From assembly GCA_026770705.1 (NCBI GenBank), contig JANJGN010000210.1, positions 744,001-808,000 of the forward strand: 64,000 nt of DNA. The letters are read 5' to 3'. The DNA is from Isurus oxyrinchus (lineage: Eukaryota). Positions 1 to 11,720 of this stretch are shown piece by piece (position 1 is the stretch's first letter; the number at the start of each line of letters is the position of its first letter). Below the pieces are notes generated by a model, which was given only the letters and a program-made list of their open reading frames with translations, ran no database searches and was not told the DNA's origin. The translations under genes were made by a program, and so were the position numbers.

Positions 1-859
1 AAGGAGAAATATTATCTGAATGTATTTCAATCAGCATTTGTTTGGAAAAAAAACATAATTTCTTCTTTCAATAGGTTTAATTTTTCTCCAATTCCATTTA
101 TTTTGATATATTTACATTTAGTTTCATTTTATTTCTCCATTTCCTTTGTGCAGTTTGTGCTTCTTGCATGGAAACAGAGCTATCGTGGGAACTTGCCCCA
201 AAGTCTCTCAGTTGTCTGTTGGGTTCAGTCTGTTCCGTTTCCGCAGTGGTTTTACTGTTATTCACTGGCAACTGCATCTTCCCCCTCTCTGACAATTTCA
301 AATTTGTTCCGTCCATTTACTGATTGACTGGTTGAAGTTTTATCAAAGTTTTACTTTACACAGTATCTGCCAGAAGAGGAATATTCCATTCTGTACAAAT
401 GATTTATGCTTGTGTATTTACTGCAGACCAGCCTCCATCCGCCCGAAATCTAATTGACCATTTCCAGTCAGCTCCCTGAGTCAGTCTGTTCCGTTCTCCC
501 TCCTTTATTTTCAAGTCTTCCCATAAATGTATCAAACCTCACTGCCCCAACCACTCCCTACGGCAGCAAGTTCCACATTCTGACCTGCCTGTTTTTACAC
601 TTCTTCTTCTTAATGTCATTATTTGTTCTGTTAGTGACTGTCTTATTCTAATGGCTCTAGGCTCACCCCCAAATAAGCAGCTTTTCCACAAGTACCCCAA
701 TGAACCCGTTCATAATTTAAACGATTTCCATGAATTCTCCTTTTCTTTCCCTGCTCTCCAGAGACAAGAGGCCCGGCCTGTTCAACCTCTCCACAGAGAT
801 GCAGATTATTCCTGATTTATTTTCTCAGGAGTGTAACAGATCAAAGCAGTTAATGTAAC

Positions 860-1395
860 AGATAGAAGCAGGAGCGGCCATATTACCTTTCAAACCTTTT
901 CTGCCATTCAATAATATCCTAACTCATCTCCTCGCTCAACATCACTTTGCCGCAATGTCCCCATATCCCTTGATTCTCTTAGCATCCTGAAATCCATTGT
1001 ACACTTCCTTTAATACACCCAACCACTGAGCATCCACAGCTCTCTGAGGAAGAGAATGTCAGAGATTCACAACAATGGCTTCACTGAAGAAATTTCTCTT
1101 CTTCTCATTCCTCATGGTCGAGTCCTTATTCTGAAACTGTGACCCCTAGTTATAAGCTCATCAGCCTGGGGAGACACCCACTGGCAATCTATCATGTCCT
1201 GAATATTAGGTGTTCTAATGAAATTACATCTCATTCATCTAAGCTCTCGGGAACATAGGCCCAGACGATTCAATCTCTTCTTTACGACAATCCCTTTATC
1301 TCAGGGATCAGCCTGATGAACGTTTGCTGCACGCCTTCCAAGGCATGTAGATCCTTCCTTAAGTAAGGAGACCAAAACTTTACACAGCATTTCAG
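860..1395 (-). mobile_element. CR1-type LINE, decayed 3' fragment
   Basis: Resembles the 3' end of the clearer CR1 copies in this window (e.g. 19260-20950); boundaries approximate. Confidence 0.7.
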
Positions 1396-2284
1396 ACTGG
1401 AGCCCATTTCAGTCCTTCCTTCCATAGACCTCACCAACCCCCCTGTGCTCAGATTGTACTTTGAATGGGCCAGAGATCCTCCAATCCTCTCCTTTTCGAT
1501 GAATTATTTATTGCTGCTTCTAAATGAACATTCCCCCCATTTACAACTTACAATTGTTTCCTTATGTTCCCTGTTCTCCTTTATAAGATTAATGCATCAT
1601 CCTCACTTTCTCACTGCACTGTGTTGTTCCACACACAGTAATCAGGGATACAGATAAATTACAGCAATCACATCTCTCAAACATCTACATTCAATATAGA
1701 GAAGTATCTGCAGTTCCAAACCTTCATATTTCAGTCTGAGGGCGGAAAAGTAGGAAATTGTTTGGTTATATGAAAGAAATGGCGGGGACAATGTCGTTAA
1801 TTTCAGTCACTGATTGTCCAATAATAAAATTCTATCTGGGCCCACATCAGGATCTCTTATATCTGAAGCCCGTTTTGTCACTCTCCCGTTTTTCTCCCGG
1901 GTGAGGTATTGAACTGGCCGCAGTTGTTTGAGTTTATTCACCAGGTGCCTCATTCACATTGCGCGGCTCGGACTGCAATCTGCTGACCAGGAGAGAGCTC
2001 TGCGACTCCGCTCCCGGAATCGAAAGGGACAGACCGTGCTCCCTCAGTCACAGGTAACACCGGGAGTGGAGTCCGGATTGTCGACAATCTGCGCTCATTA
2101 AAAGTGATTCAGAGTGTAAGAGTCCGTGATGTTCATGGTGTCCCCGATGTGCCCGTTACACTAATGGTGCTCCAGATTCCGTCAACTCCCACATCCCACC
2201 CAAATTCTACTGATATCAATAATAAACTGTCGGTGAACGTTACCCGGGACAGGCTGTAAGCTGGTGGGGTTTGCAGTCACTTAC

Positions 2285-2337
2285 CGGCTGTGACAGTCAC
2301 CACTGTCCCGGATCCATCCGCATAATCAGTAAACCAT
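2285..2337 (-). other. NAR-type (NAR-TCR-like) J gene segment, WFTDYADGSGTVVTVTA
   Basis: Minus strand reads a tgg ttt act gat tat gcg gat gga tcc ggg aca gtg gtg act gtc aca gcc g|gtaagt: G-x-G-T-x-V-T-V motif, phase-1 GT donor and an upstream 23-RSS. Confidence 0.9.
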
Positions 2338-2376
2338 CACAGTGACACCGCTCTCAGTCTCCCCGGTACAACAACC
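2338..2376 (-). promoter_or_regulatory. J recombination signal sequence, 23-bp spacer
   Basis: Minus strand: GGTTGTTGT + 23 nt (accggggagactgagagcggtgt) + CACTGTG, abutting the J. Confidence 0.9.
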
Positions 2377-2694
2377 ACCGACACCTCAACCTGCCGGGAA
2401 CTCATCATCACCAGACAGTAGAAACTGCACAAATATTCAGTGGATTTAAATAAATAAACAATATTCAATGTTTCAAAGTCTCTGTCGGTTCAAACTGTTC
2501 TTTGTGAGGCCCTGAGATCTGAGTAAATGGTCCCGGAAACGAGATGTTCGCTTCATATAAACAGACAAAATTATTAAAGTAAGAGAACTGAATGGTGGAA
2601 ATTACAATGAAATGTAACCATATCACAGCGATAATAACATCAGCCCAACAATTCACTATCCGGACCCGCAGAATTTATATTGTGACCGGACAGA

Positions 2695-2722
2695 GGTATT
2701 TGCTCAGGTCTCCCCCACTGTG
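2695..2722 (-). promoter_or_regulatory. RSS with 12-bp spacer 3' of the NAR-type V
   Basis: Minus strand: CACAGTG + ggggagacctga (12 nt) + GCAAATACC. Confidence 0.85.
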
Positions 2723-3055
2723 ACTTCCCCATACTCCCATCTGTCGTACTGGTACTGAGCTTTACAGTAATAGGTGGCGGTGTCTTCAACTCTCACAACC
2801 CGATATTCCAGCGAAAATGTCTTTTCTGCTTTGTTCACCGACACAACAAACCCCCCCCCCCCCCCCCCCCCACCCCACCCCCTCGCTGGAGATCCGCTCC
2901 CACTCTGTCCCGGTCTGGGTTTGTCTGAAGAAAGCCCCGCCCGTCAAAGGACGAGCGTAAAAACCACCATAGAAAACGCAGGTATTGAATAGGGACTGAC
3001 ACTCCTTCCTGGTCACCGCTGCCGGGGTCTGTACCACTGACTGACTGAAAGATAC
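2723..3055 (-). pseudogene. NAR-type V exon (NAR-TCR V-like), frameshifted, with long D-like tail
   Basis: QSVVQTPAAVTRKECQSLFNTCVF...FFRQTQTGTEWERISS-(G run)-FVVSVNKAEKTFSLEYRVVRVEDTATYYCKAQYQYDRWEYGE. This is VNAR architecture (no CDR2) with an extra FR1 Cys (KEC), as described for NAR-TCR V. There is a +1 shift in the G run at 2851-2882, and the exon start is out of frame with a phase-1 leader. Confidence 0.85.
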
Positions 3056-3174
3056 CTGGAAATTAAACAAAGAGAGTTTAATGGACCATCAGAACCGAAC
3101 TACAGAACGGGGTTAAAACTCGAGCAGCTTTATATTAAATCCACACAATGTCGGTTTGTTTGATCGGTACTCAC

Positions 3175-3217
3175 GGGGTAAACAGACACACAGGGTGAAA
3201 ACAAGGAGGATTCCCAT
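3175..3217 (-). pseudogene. Leader exon of the NAR-type V (MGILLVFTLCVCLP)
   Basis: ATG at 3217, 43-nt hydrophobic exon, phase-1 GTGAGT donor; acceptor ttccag at 3056-3061. Confidence 0.85.
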
Positions 3218-3239
3218 CGCTCTGCTGCCTGGAGCTGAG

Positions 3240-3345
3240 GGTTTATATGACGGGGAGCTGGAGACTGCAGCCCTAGACTGCACTGGGAGACCGGACCTCA
3301 GAGCTGGACTGAAATATTTTAGGGGGATCGAGTTGATTTGCACAG
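3240..3345 (-). promoter_or_regulatory. Putative V promoter (TATA-like and octamer-like motifs)
   Basis: CATATAAA about 25-30 nt upstream of the leader ATG; GTGCAAAT (one mismatch to ATGCAAAT) at 3336-3343. Confidence 0.4.
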
Positions 3346-4334
3346 GGCGGTTCCGCTGAGATCATTGATTTGCCGCACGGTTCTCGGGTCGCTGGCTAAG
3401 TGTTGTGTGAATAAGCGACAGGTTTATGAGAGGAGGCTGCAATTTTCTGGCTCTACATTTGGATTGTGATCTGGATGTGAAAGCCCCTCCCACAATACTC
3501 TGGTGTACAGGGGTGGGGGAGGGGAGCTTTTCTTACTGCCAGTTGTGCTGCCGCCTTCCTTTCCCCGCAGTGATGAACTAGGAGGGCGGTGCATGTGTTT
3601 GTATTGGTGGTGTTTGTTTAAGGTGGAATGTGGGCCCAGGACACCTAGAATCCCCCGGCCCCGCTCTTTTCCCAATATTCCGGAGATTGTTTAACATCGC
3701 CCTGAACGGGCTGGCGGGACCTCAGTTAGACTTCTGATCTGAAGGTCGGCGCCTCAGGTTCGGCACCTACCCCGGAGCAGCAACTGGGGACAGGTTATAA
3801 TATGAAGTAGTCCAGTGGCATTACCAATATCCTGGCAGGTCTGCACAACATGCATATAAACTAATTATGGCTGATTAGTTCAATTCGCTGGATTGCGAGC
3901 TCGTGGTTCGGAATAATGCCAACAGTACGGGTTCTATTCGCATTGTGGCTGAGATAGGCTGGTGACCTGCCTGCGCCTGCGCGTGGAAGGCGATGGTAAA
4001 GCACCACAAACAAAGCTACCAAGAAAACAGCTCAGGTCGAAGCAACTGCAGAAAATCGGCCATCGGCAGGGCACACCTGAATAAATACAAGGAACAAACT
4101 CCCCTCCTCATTTAACAAATGATTCCCGCACCAGTCCTGCTTTGGGGTACATATAAAATGATGTTCCATTTCAGCCATGTTTGATTTCCAGGCTGGGAAT
4201 ATTCAGAATTTCCGTTTGAACGGACACAGATTGAATCGACACTCGGACGGGCAATGGACTTTGAGGAAACATTGTGCTTGGAGCTTGCTTTAAAATTCAC
4301 AGTCACCGCTTTCTGTTCTGAAAAATGTTTTTTT

Positions 4335-4565
4335 TTTCATTCGTTCACGGGATGTGGACTCTGTTGGCTGGGCCAGCATTTATTGCCCATCCCTAGTTGC
4401 CTTGAGAAGGTGGTGGTGAGCTGCCTTCTTGAACCGCTGCAGTCCATGTGATGTAAGTACACCCACAGTGCTGTTAGGGAGGGAGTTCCAAGATTTTGAC
4501 CCAGAGACAGTGAAGGAACGACGATATATTTCGAAGTCACGACAGTGAGTGACTTGGAGGTGTTC
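4335..4565 (-). mobile_element. 3' tail fragment of a non-LTR retroelement
   Basis: Similar to 11250-11720 and 56265-56720 (gacagtgaaggaacg...ttccaagtcagg motif). Confidence 0.6.
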
Positions 4566-5097
4566 AGAATTATCTCTTACCCAGCAACGTCCAAATGAAC
4601 CCTCTGACAAGGAGGAGGTCAAAGTTTTCACAAACCTGACAACAGAGTTAGGGGAAATACTGCGCAGCATTGCGGGCAGGGACGAAAAGACCATTAAAGG
4701 GCGAAAGGGACATTGAAACAGCAGCACATCACAGAAATACGGCCTACAGCACGTCACATAGACATGGCGATGATTTGGCCCACAGTGGAGAAAAGCACAT
4801 TTTGTCTGCATGATCGTCCAATTCCTGACAGTATTTTTAATGTAAATCAAAAATGCAGCTTTGAGGCTACTACAGAATTTAAAATAAACATATACATGTG
4901 TAGTGCAGTGTAAGTTTATTTAATATAAATACGGATATGGCCTGGAATAGTAGTAACAAAAACATGGCCTAGTGTGATATAAATAGAGACAGGGGATATT
5001 TCAGTAATCACTGAGGCAAGGCCTGGATTAAAGCAACTAGAGATGGCGTCGAGTGCAAAAAGGACCTGGTTTAGAGTAGTTAGAACAAAGACAGGAT

Positions 5098-6600
5098 CTA
5101 TTGAAATCTAAACAAACTCAAGAGTAGTGTTTTAAGTTCCTCCTTCCAGTTCACCTCTTGATTTTCAAGTATCTTTGGAAAGTTTTCTAAGTGTTCCACA
5201 GTGAAGATAGACACAAAATACCTGTTTAACGCCTCTGCCACTTCCTTGTTTTCTCTTATCAATTCCCCAAGTACACTACCCAGAAGACCAACATTAGCTT
5301 TAATCACTATTTTATCCTTTAAATGCTAGTAGAAACTCTTGCCATCTCTTTTTAATATTACTATCTAGCTTTCTCTCATGACTTTTTCTCTTTTTTAGTA
5401 ATTCTTTTCTAGTTCTTAAGATTTGTCCAATCTCCTTACCTACCACTAATCTTTGTATATTTGTACAGTGTTTCTTTAATTTGATACTGTCCTTAAATTT
5501 CTTATTCAGTCACGGATGATGCATCCATCTTCCTTCTTTCTCAATGAGATAAATATTCGCTGAGAGTTATTAAATTTCTCCTTAAAAGCCTGCCACTGAA
5601 ACTCAACTGTCCTAACTTTTAACTTAGTTTCCAAATTCACTTCCTCTACATCTGCTTTCATACCCTTATAATTACTTTTATCCAGGTTTACAACTTTAGT
5701 CTTCGATCCACTTATCTACCCTTTAAACTGACCATGAAATTCTATTGTGCTGTGATCGCTATCACTTAGAGTCTCCTTTACAATGAGGTTATTGATTAAT
5801 CCTGTCTTATTGCTCATTACCAGGTCCAAAATAGCCTTCTTCCTGATTGGATCTGGAATGTACTGCATTAAGATATTGTCCTGAATACACTCTATGAGCT
5901 AATGCTCCAGGCTTCCTCTGCTAATCTGGTTCACCCAAACTGCGTGCAGATTAAAGTCACCCATGAGCATTGCTGTACCTTTCTTGCATGTCCCATTCTT
6001 CATTCCTCTATTTTTAGTCATTTTTTCCTGGTTCTTAAAATTTGAATATTCTTCTGACCTAACACTAATCTTTCCAGATTTGTACAGTATTTCTTTCAAA
6101 TTGATGCTATCTTTAACTCCCTTATTCAGCCATAGATGATGCATCCATCTCAAAGAGTCCTTCTTTCTAACTGTGATAATAATTCTGATTCCTGATTCTA
6201 CGTGTTGCTTTTTTTTTGAGCCCAGGTCATCCTTCACCACTGTACCAAGGAGACCTTGAATTAACCGAGCTACTCTACCACCTGTTCCCAGCTTCCTGTC
6301 TTTTCCAAATGGCAAAAACCCTTCAATGTTTAGGTCCCAGCCTTGGTCACCCTGCAACAATGTCTCTGTAGTGGCTCTCGGGTCGTTCATAGTTATTTCT
6401 ATCCATTTTGTTAGGAATGCTGCGCGCATTCAGATACTCAAACTCTCTCTTTTTACTCTTTCTGGCCTCACCTGCTGGTGCAGCCTTAAATGTGTACTCT
6501 CTGACCCTTCCTGCCACAGGCTGGTTTTCATTACTCAAATAGTTATTCTGCCCTATTATCTCTTTGTTGCCTTTTGATTTGCTACGTCTCTCCTCACATG
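5098..6600 (-). mobile_element. CR1-type LINE fragment (endonuclease region of ORF2), decayed
   Basis: Minus-strand peptides YLNARSIPNK, LMGDFNL and ENKEVAEALNRYFVSIFTVE are typical of CR1 ORF2. Confidence 0.8.
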
Positions 6601-8486
6601 ACCCCTTTCCCCCGGTATTTATTGTAAATTCCTCTCTATCACCCTGGTTATATGACTCTCCAAGACATTGGATATAGTCACAAGTGAGGCAAGCTCTAGT
6701 TTAATATAAATCGAGGAATTTACACAATGCAGCAATAAATCAATATTGCTTAATTCTTGAATCACTGGGTACAGCCAGGCACTGGGTTGATGCACCGAGG
6801 GGGGCGTCACTCACCTGTACAGTAAAGTTGCTCAGATTATCTTCTCATTCAATCACATCCATTTTCCTGCACCATAAGTGTATTTGCTTTATTTTGACCT
6901 GCTGTTTGTTTTTATGTTATCACACTGTTCATTTTACCTGTTTCCCATTATTTTCCCCAGCGTTCATCATCCTTTTCCTCATTAAAATCCACAGGATTCG
7001 CCAATTCACATGTTCACTGGTGACACCGAGCAGTCCACAGTCTGTATGTGCGCCCCTCAACTTCACTCAGTGTTCGTCTGTTTTCTGCATTCTTTTTACA
7101 CAAAGCAGTACTGATCCCTTTACCGCACTTCACGCACCAAGGATCATTCAAATGGGAGAATAGCCAAGATCAACCGTTCACTTCCTGTGTCTTTATATTT
7201 ATAGATACATATCCGCATCAATAGCCTTTTGCTGTTCTCCCTCTGTATCACTAGCTATCCTCAGTCTCAGATTTATCTATTTCACTCTTTATGCCTTTCT
7301 CGACACTCGGTGTATTCAATATTACCTTTATCTATGTCCGTCTGTTAGTGCCTCTCTGCCTACTGAGTACTGAGTACCGAATCTCATCTTTATCAAACTC
7401 CCTATGTTGGTGTCTCTCTGTCTCGCACTTATTCTCAACTTTATCTACATTCTACATTGCGTAGTTGTCTCAAAGTGTCCAGACAGAAACTGAGACAATA
7501 CATGGACGAGATACTAATTCACATACCACAGCTCCTTTGATCAAATCCATAATTGTGAGAGCAGATGGCAATGAATGTATTCACCGTGAGGGCCTCATTC
7601 GCCCATCTTCACAAATTACTTGGGTCTTAAATCATTGAGACCAGACAGGAAAATGACTGATTCACTGAGGAGAGTCTCACTCTTCCATACAGGCAAGGAT
7701 CTCAGGTCTTTAACTATTGAGACCAGATAGGCACTAAGCTGCTGTATCGACGTCAGTGATTCTGGAGCCGGCGGCGGTGGCGTAAGGAAACAGCTCACTC
7801 ACTACCATAGGAATATTGTTGAGGTTTTAATCATTGAGTACATACAGGGGTAGGACTGATCCGCCGTAAGGAAGAAATCACTCGCTTGCAAAAGTACATT
7901 ATTCAGGTCTTCCTTACAATAACCGCTTTGCAGAATTCAATAATTTAAACTCACTGTTCCCTTTTTTTGCTTCCTGCCTGGGTGTTTTAAATTTATATTT
8001 ATCTACTTCTTTTCTGCTTTTATTTCTGCTTCTTTTTTCTCCGTCTCCACTATCCCCTTTACAATCTAGAGCTCCCCTATTGCCATTGTGTGGGAAATTC
8101 TGCATGCATTCACGAACATGGCTGGACTTCATGAGGAGCCGGATATGGGCGGTTGGGAATTATTATATAGAACAGGAGTAAATGAGGCCGGAAGACCTAA
8201 ATGTATACATTTATGTGTTAATATTGGGGACAGGGGGGTGAGAAGGGACAAAGGTGCACAGAAAAGGCATCAAAGTAAAAGCGGAAGTTAAGGCGCCAGA
8301 GTTGAACTTGGGACTTTTTTTATTGTTAGTGCGAATTCAAATCATCCACAAATATAATTACGCAAGTTAAACTCAAGAGTTGTCTTGAATTTTTGCTCCT
8401 TTAAGCATGCTCCCTCTGAATCTTGCATAGGAGGGTGATAACTTGTCTCTTTTTTTGGCTGAGAATTAACTGAACATCACAATGTG

Positions 8487-9010
8487 GAATATTGTCTGGG
8501 ATTCACTGCATCTCTGCCGCAGGGTGGGATTCATGTCACAGAAATACTCGGCAGTGCGGCAGATCAGGGCCTCAGCTCCAATGTACTGATGGTTTCTATC
8601 AAATGTAGAAAAGAATCAGACAATGATGTCGGTCTCCTTGTTTATATTTATACGAATAAGGGTGAATCAGCAGTTATGGATGTTGTCCGGGTTTCTGAAT
8701 ATACCAGAACATATAATGGTTCAGAAGATTTGTTTTCAAGATGCAGGTTATTGTGATGGCTTTTCACTCTTTGACCAAAGTTTCAGTTCCCGACTCGGCC
8801 TCTGTGCCTTGTCGCACATAAATATAACGTAAAGTAGCTGGGATAGATGTCACTATTATCGGGATCGTCATCACCATCATCTCAAGCAACATAATCATCA
8901 ACAGCAGCACTTCACGGTTAATAACATCTGGGTTACAGCAGTCAGGGGGAGAACGGACAGTTTTCTGGGAAGGAAATACTAAGAAATGATATAATGGAGA
9001 CGAACGGTAT
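8487..9010 (-). pseudogene. TCR V(alpha/delta)-like pseudogene with decayed leader and RSS
   Basis: Exon 8527-8807: GTEAESGTETLVKE*KAITITCILKTNLLNHYMFWYIQKPGQHP*LLI...TAEYFC. RSS CACCCTG-24 nt-ACAATATTC at 8487-8526. A 46-nt leader-like exon at 8965-9010 (ATA PFVSIISFLSISFP G) has lost its start codon and donor. Confidence 0.8.
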
Positions 9011-9655
9011 GATGCAATTCCTCTTGAGGATGTCTGAGTCTGTAACTCTGCAGTCCGTCAAATCTTCTGTCGGAACTGAAATGTAGATTCCAGCCCCTGT
9101 GCTTCTGATTCAATCAACGCCAAACGGAACAGCGGCAACCATCTCTCCAATAAAACAGGAAATGAAAGAAAGGTCAGAGCGAGAGAAACAAACGGAATTT
9201 GTGGGCAAGGCAATGATAATTCGCCCAGCAGAAATTATTTACCTTTGCCTCTCTGTACGGACTGCGTTACATTCACATTTATTTCAAATCTATGGCAAAC
9301 AGACTAACGACATGAATTAGATATACGGATTAATTTATAGTTACCAATAACTTCATAGTTTAAGTCGCTCAATGCAGGAAGCTGAACCTCTCAGTGGGGA
9401 ACACAAAACTGGGCAACCCATCCCAATGTACTGGAGCCAAACTGTTCATTAACACTGAACTAACCTTCTCAATGATGGGTCTGTTAGGAAGAGTTACAGT
9501 AATGAGCATGTGAGATCAAAAGCATTTCACCTGAAGTAACATTCAAAAAATTGTCTATCAGTATTGAAATGTAACAGGCGCTGGGAATCCACTGCCTGAT
9601 GAGCTACCTGGTAGTTAGTTTAATGACTCTCATTTTAACTGATTTCAGAGAATAC

Positions 9656-9800
9656 GGTCATGGTACAAGTTATGCAGAAGCCATTCTCACTAGGACTCAG
9701 CACACAGTTATACATGGCGCTGTCAGGGAGCTGCAGCACAGTCAAGGCGAAATCAGCTATATTATTGGGTGTTTCGAGAATTTTCCAGTTAACCGTGGAA
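9656..9800 (-). pseudogene. 3' part of a TCR V(alpha/delta)-like pseudogene with degenerate 23-RSS
   Basis: LETPNNIADFALTVLQLPDSAMYNCVLS resembles FR3 (LQLxDSAxYxC); followed by CCTAGTG-23 nt-ACCATGACC at 9656-9694. The 5' part is lost or lies in the gap. Confidence 0.7.
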
Positions 9801-9828
9801 ACAGAATGAACAACAGGAAACAAAATGA

Positions 9829-10060
9829 NNNNNNNNNNNNNNNNNNNNNNNNNNNNNNNNNNNNNNNNNNNNNNNNNNNNNNNNNNNNNNNNNNNNNNNN
9901 NNNNNNNNNNNNNNNNNNNNNNNNNNNNNNNNNNNNNNNNNNNNNNNNNNNNNNNNNNNNNNNNNNNNNNNNNNNNNNNNNNNNNNNNNNNNNNNNNNNN
10001 NNNNNNNNNNNNNNNNNNNNNNNNNNNNNNNNNNNNNNNNNNNNNNNNNNNNNNNNNNNT
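9829..10060. other. Assembly gap (232 N)
   Basis: Run of n. Confidence 1.
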
Positions 10061-10215
10061 AGATCGATAAATTGATAGGTAGATATTCATGTTTACTTGG
10101 ATAGAGCAATGATAGAATGAATGGATAGTTGGATAAATTAATGTTCTTTCTAAGGACCAGTGATTGGATAGATGGATGGATGGATGGATGGACAGATCGA
10201 CGGACTGATGGATGG
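10061..10215. repeat. Degenerate (GATA/GATG)n microsatellite
   Basis: gatggatggatggatgg and gatag runs. Confidence 0.75.
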
Positions 10216-10699
10216 GCCGATCTGAAAAATGCTGTTCCACATTTTCAGCTTTACGATTGATTACCTCATAACTTGCAAGAGGCCCTTTATTCAATTTGTA
10301 TCGGTCTGGCACTTTCAGCCCTTCCTGATTTCCTGGATCATTTCAATCCCTTGGCTGTCGAGAACTGGTGAGCTGAAGGTCACCAAGTGCAATCTGGAGG
10401 TATCCCTGTGGTACTCATGATCCTTCTCCAGAGATGGTGAATCTTGATCTGAAATATAAAACACGTTTTCATGACTGGGATGAGAAAGGAGGATTGTAAT
10501 ATTTGCAACGTGCAATTGTTTCAGGTGCAACAAACCACAAGACGGATCCTCGGCCAAATTACTTCAATCACAACAGAAACATAGCAGATCATTGGATAGT
10601 ATTTCCCCCCTTTGTATGGTAATTCATTGTCACTGTGACACTGGTGAAGTCGCGCCATTCTAAACAGCACGGGGTGGGGGTGGGGTGGTGGGGTGGGGG

Positions 10700-10969
10700 T
10701 AGTGGGTGTGCATGAAATGTGACATTTTTCCGGCAATATATTCATTGAAAATCATTGTCACAATGGACTATATCCGATGGATATTGCACATTGTTGTCTC
10801 AAGTTCAAAAGCTTTTAACTCCTTCAGACACACTCCCCAGAAGCTTTCCTTTCAGTGCATTCATGCAGAGAATCGAATCTTCACATGTTGGATGGGTAAG
10901 GTCAGTGATTCAATGAGATGTGCTCAGGGTCACCGTGCTGGAGATTTCTGGTTACAGTGGACATCAGCC
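10700..10969 (+). pseudogene. Decayed V-like segment with 23-RSS
   Basis: VCMKCDI...RWILHI...NRIFT...KVSDSMRCAQG followed by CACCGTG-23 nt-ACATCAGCC at 10931-10969. Confidence 0.5.
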
Positions 10970-11249
10970 AGACAGAACTGAGCCGTTGAAGTAGCTTAAG
11001 TGATTTGAATCACAGTTTCCAACATCAATACCTGGTCAATGCTCTTTGGAATAATACTAATCCAAACATCTCCTTTTCACACGGTTGCACTTGTGTTATG
11101 AGACTTGTTTAGGGAGGGGGAGATCTGATGTGATGATGTAAAGTCTCCAACAAGAAGTCAATGTGGGAATATTCAATAAATACCTTTCCACACAATTTTC
11201 TGCTCTGAATTTATACCTCGAACCCACTTCCGAATGTTTGAAGGGTTTT

Positions 11250-11720
11250 TGCAGCCATTCCTGGGATGTGGGCGTCGCTGGATAGGCCAGAATTTATTGT
11301 GCACCCCTAGTTGCTCTTCGAAGGCAGTGGTGAGCTGTCTTCTTGAACTGCTGCGTTCCATGTCATGTAGTTACATCCACAGCGTTGTTAGAGATGGAGT
11401 ACCAGGATTTTGACCCTGCAACATTGAAGGAGCGGCGACATATTTCCAAGTCAGGATGGTGAGTGGCTTGGAGGGGAACATCCAGCTGGTGGTGTTCCCA
11501 TCTATCTGCGGTCCCTGTCCTTCTAGATGGCAGTCATCGTAGGTTTGGAAGGTGCTGTCTGAGGTGACCTGGTGAATCCCTGCAGTATATCTTGTGCACA
11601 CTGCTGTTGCTGTGTATCGGTGGTGGAGGGAGTGAATGTTTGTGGATGGGTGCCAATCAGGCGGACTGCTTTGTCCTGGATGGTAGAAAGCTTCTTGAGT
11701 GTTGTTGGAGCTGCACCAAC
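11250..11720 (-). mobile_element. Non-LTR retrotransposon 3' fragment
   Basis: Minus peptides APTTLKKLSTIQDKAVRLIG and NIHSLHHR, shared with the copy at 56265-56720. Confidence 0.7.

Noticed and set aside
98-520. Possible supporting Vdelta downstream of the NAR J (SQSVNG...VREGED; repeated tcagtctgttccgtt)
   Set aside because: No Cys, Trp, YYC motif or RSS could be placed; the evidence is too weak.
9599-10312. ORFs spanning the N gap
   Set aside because: Artefacts of untranslatable N; only the V-like 3' piece is supportable.
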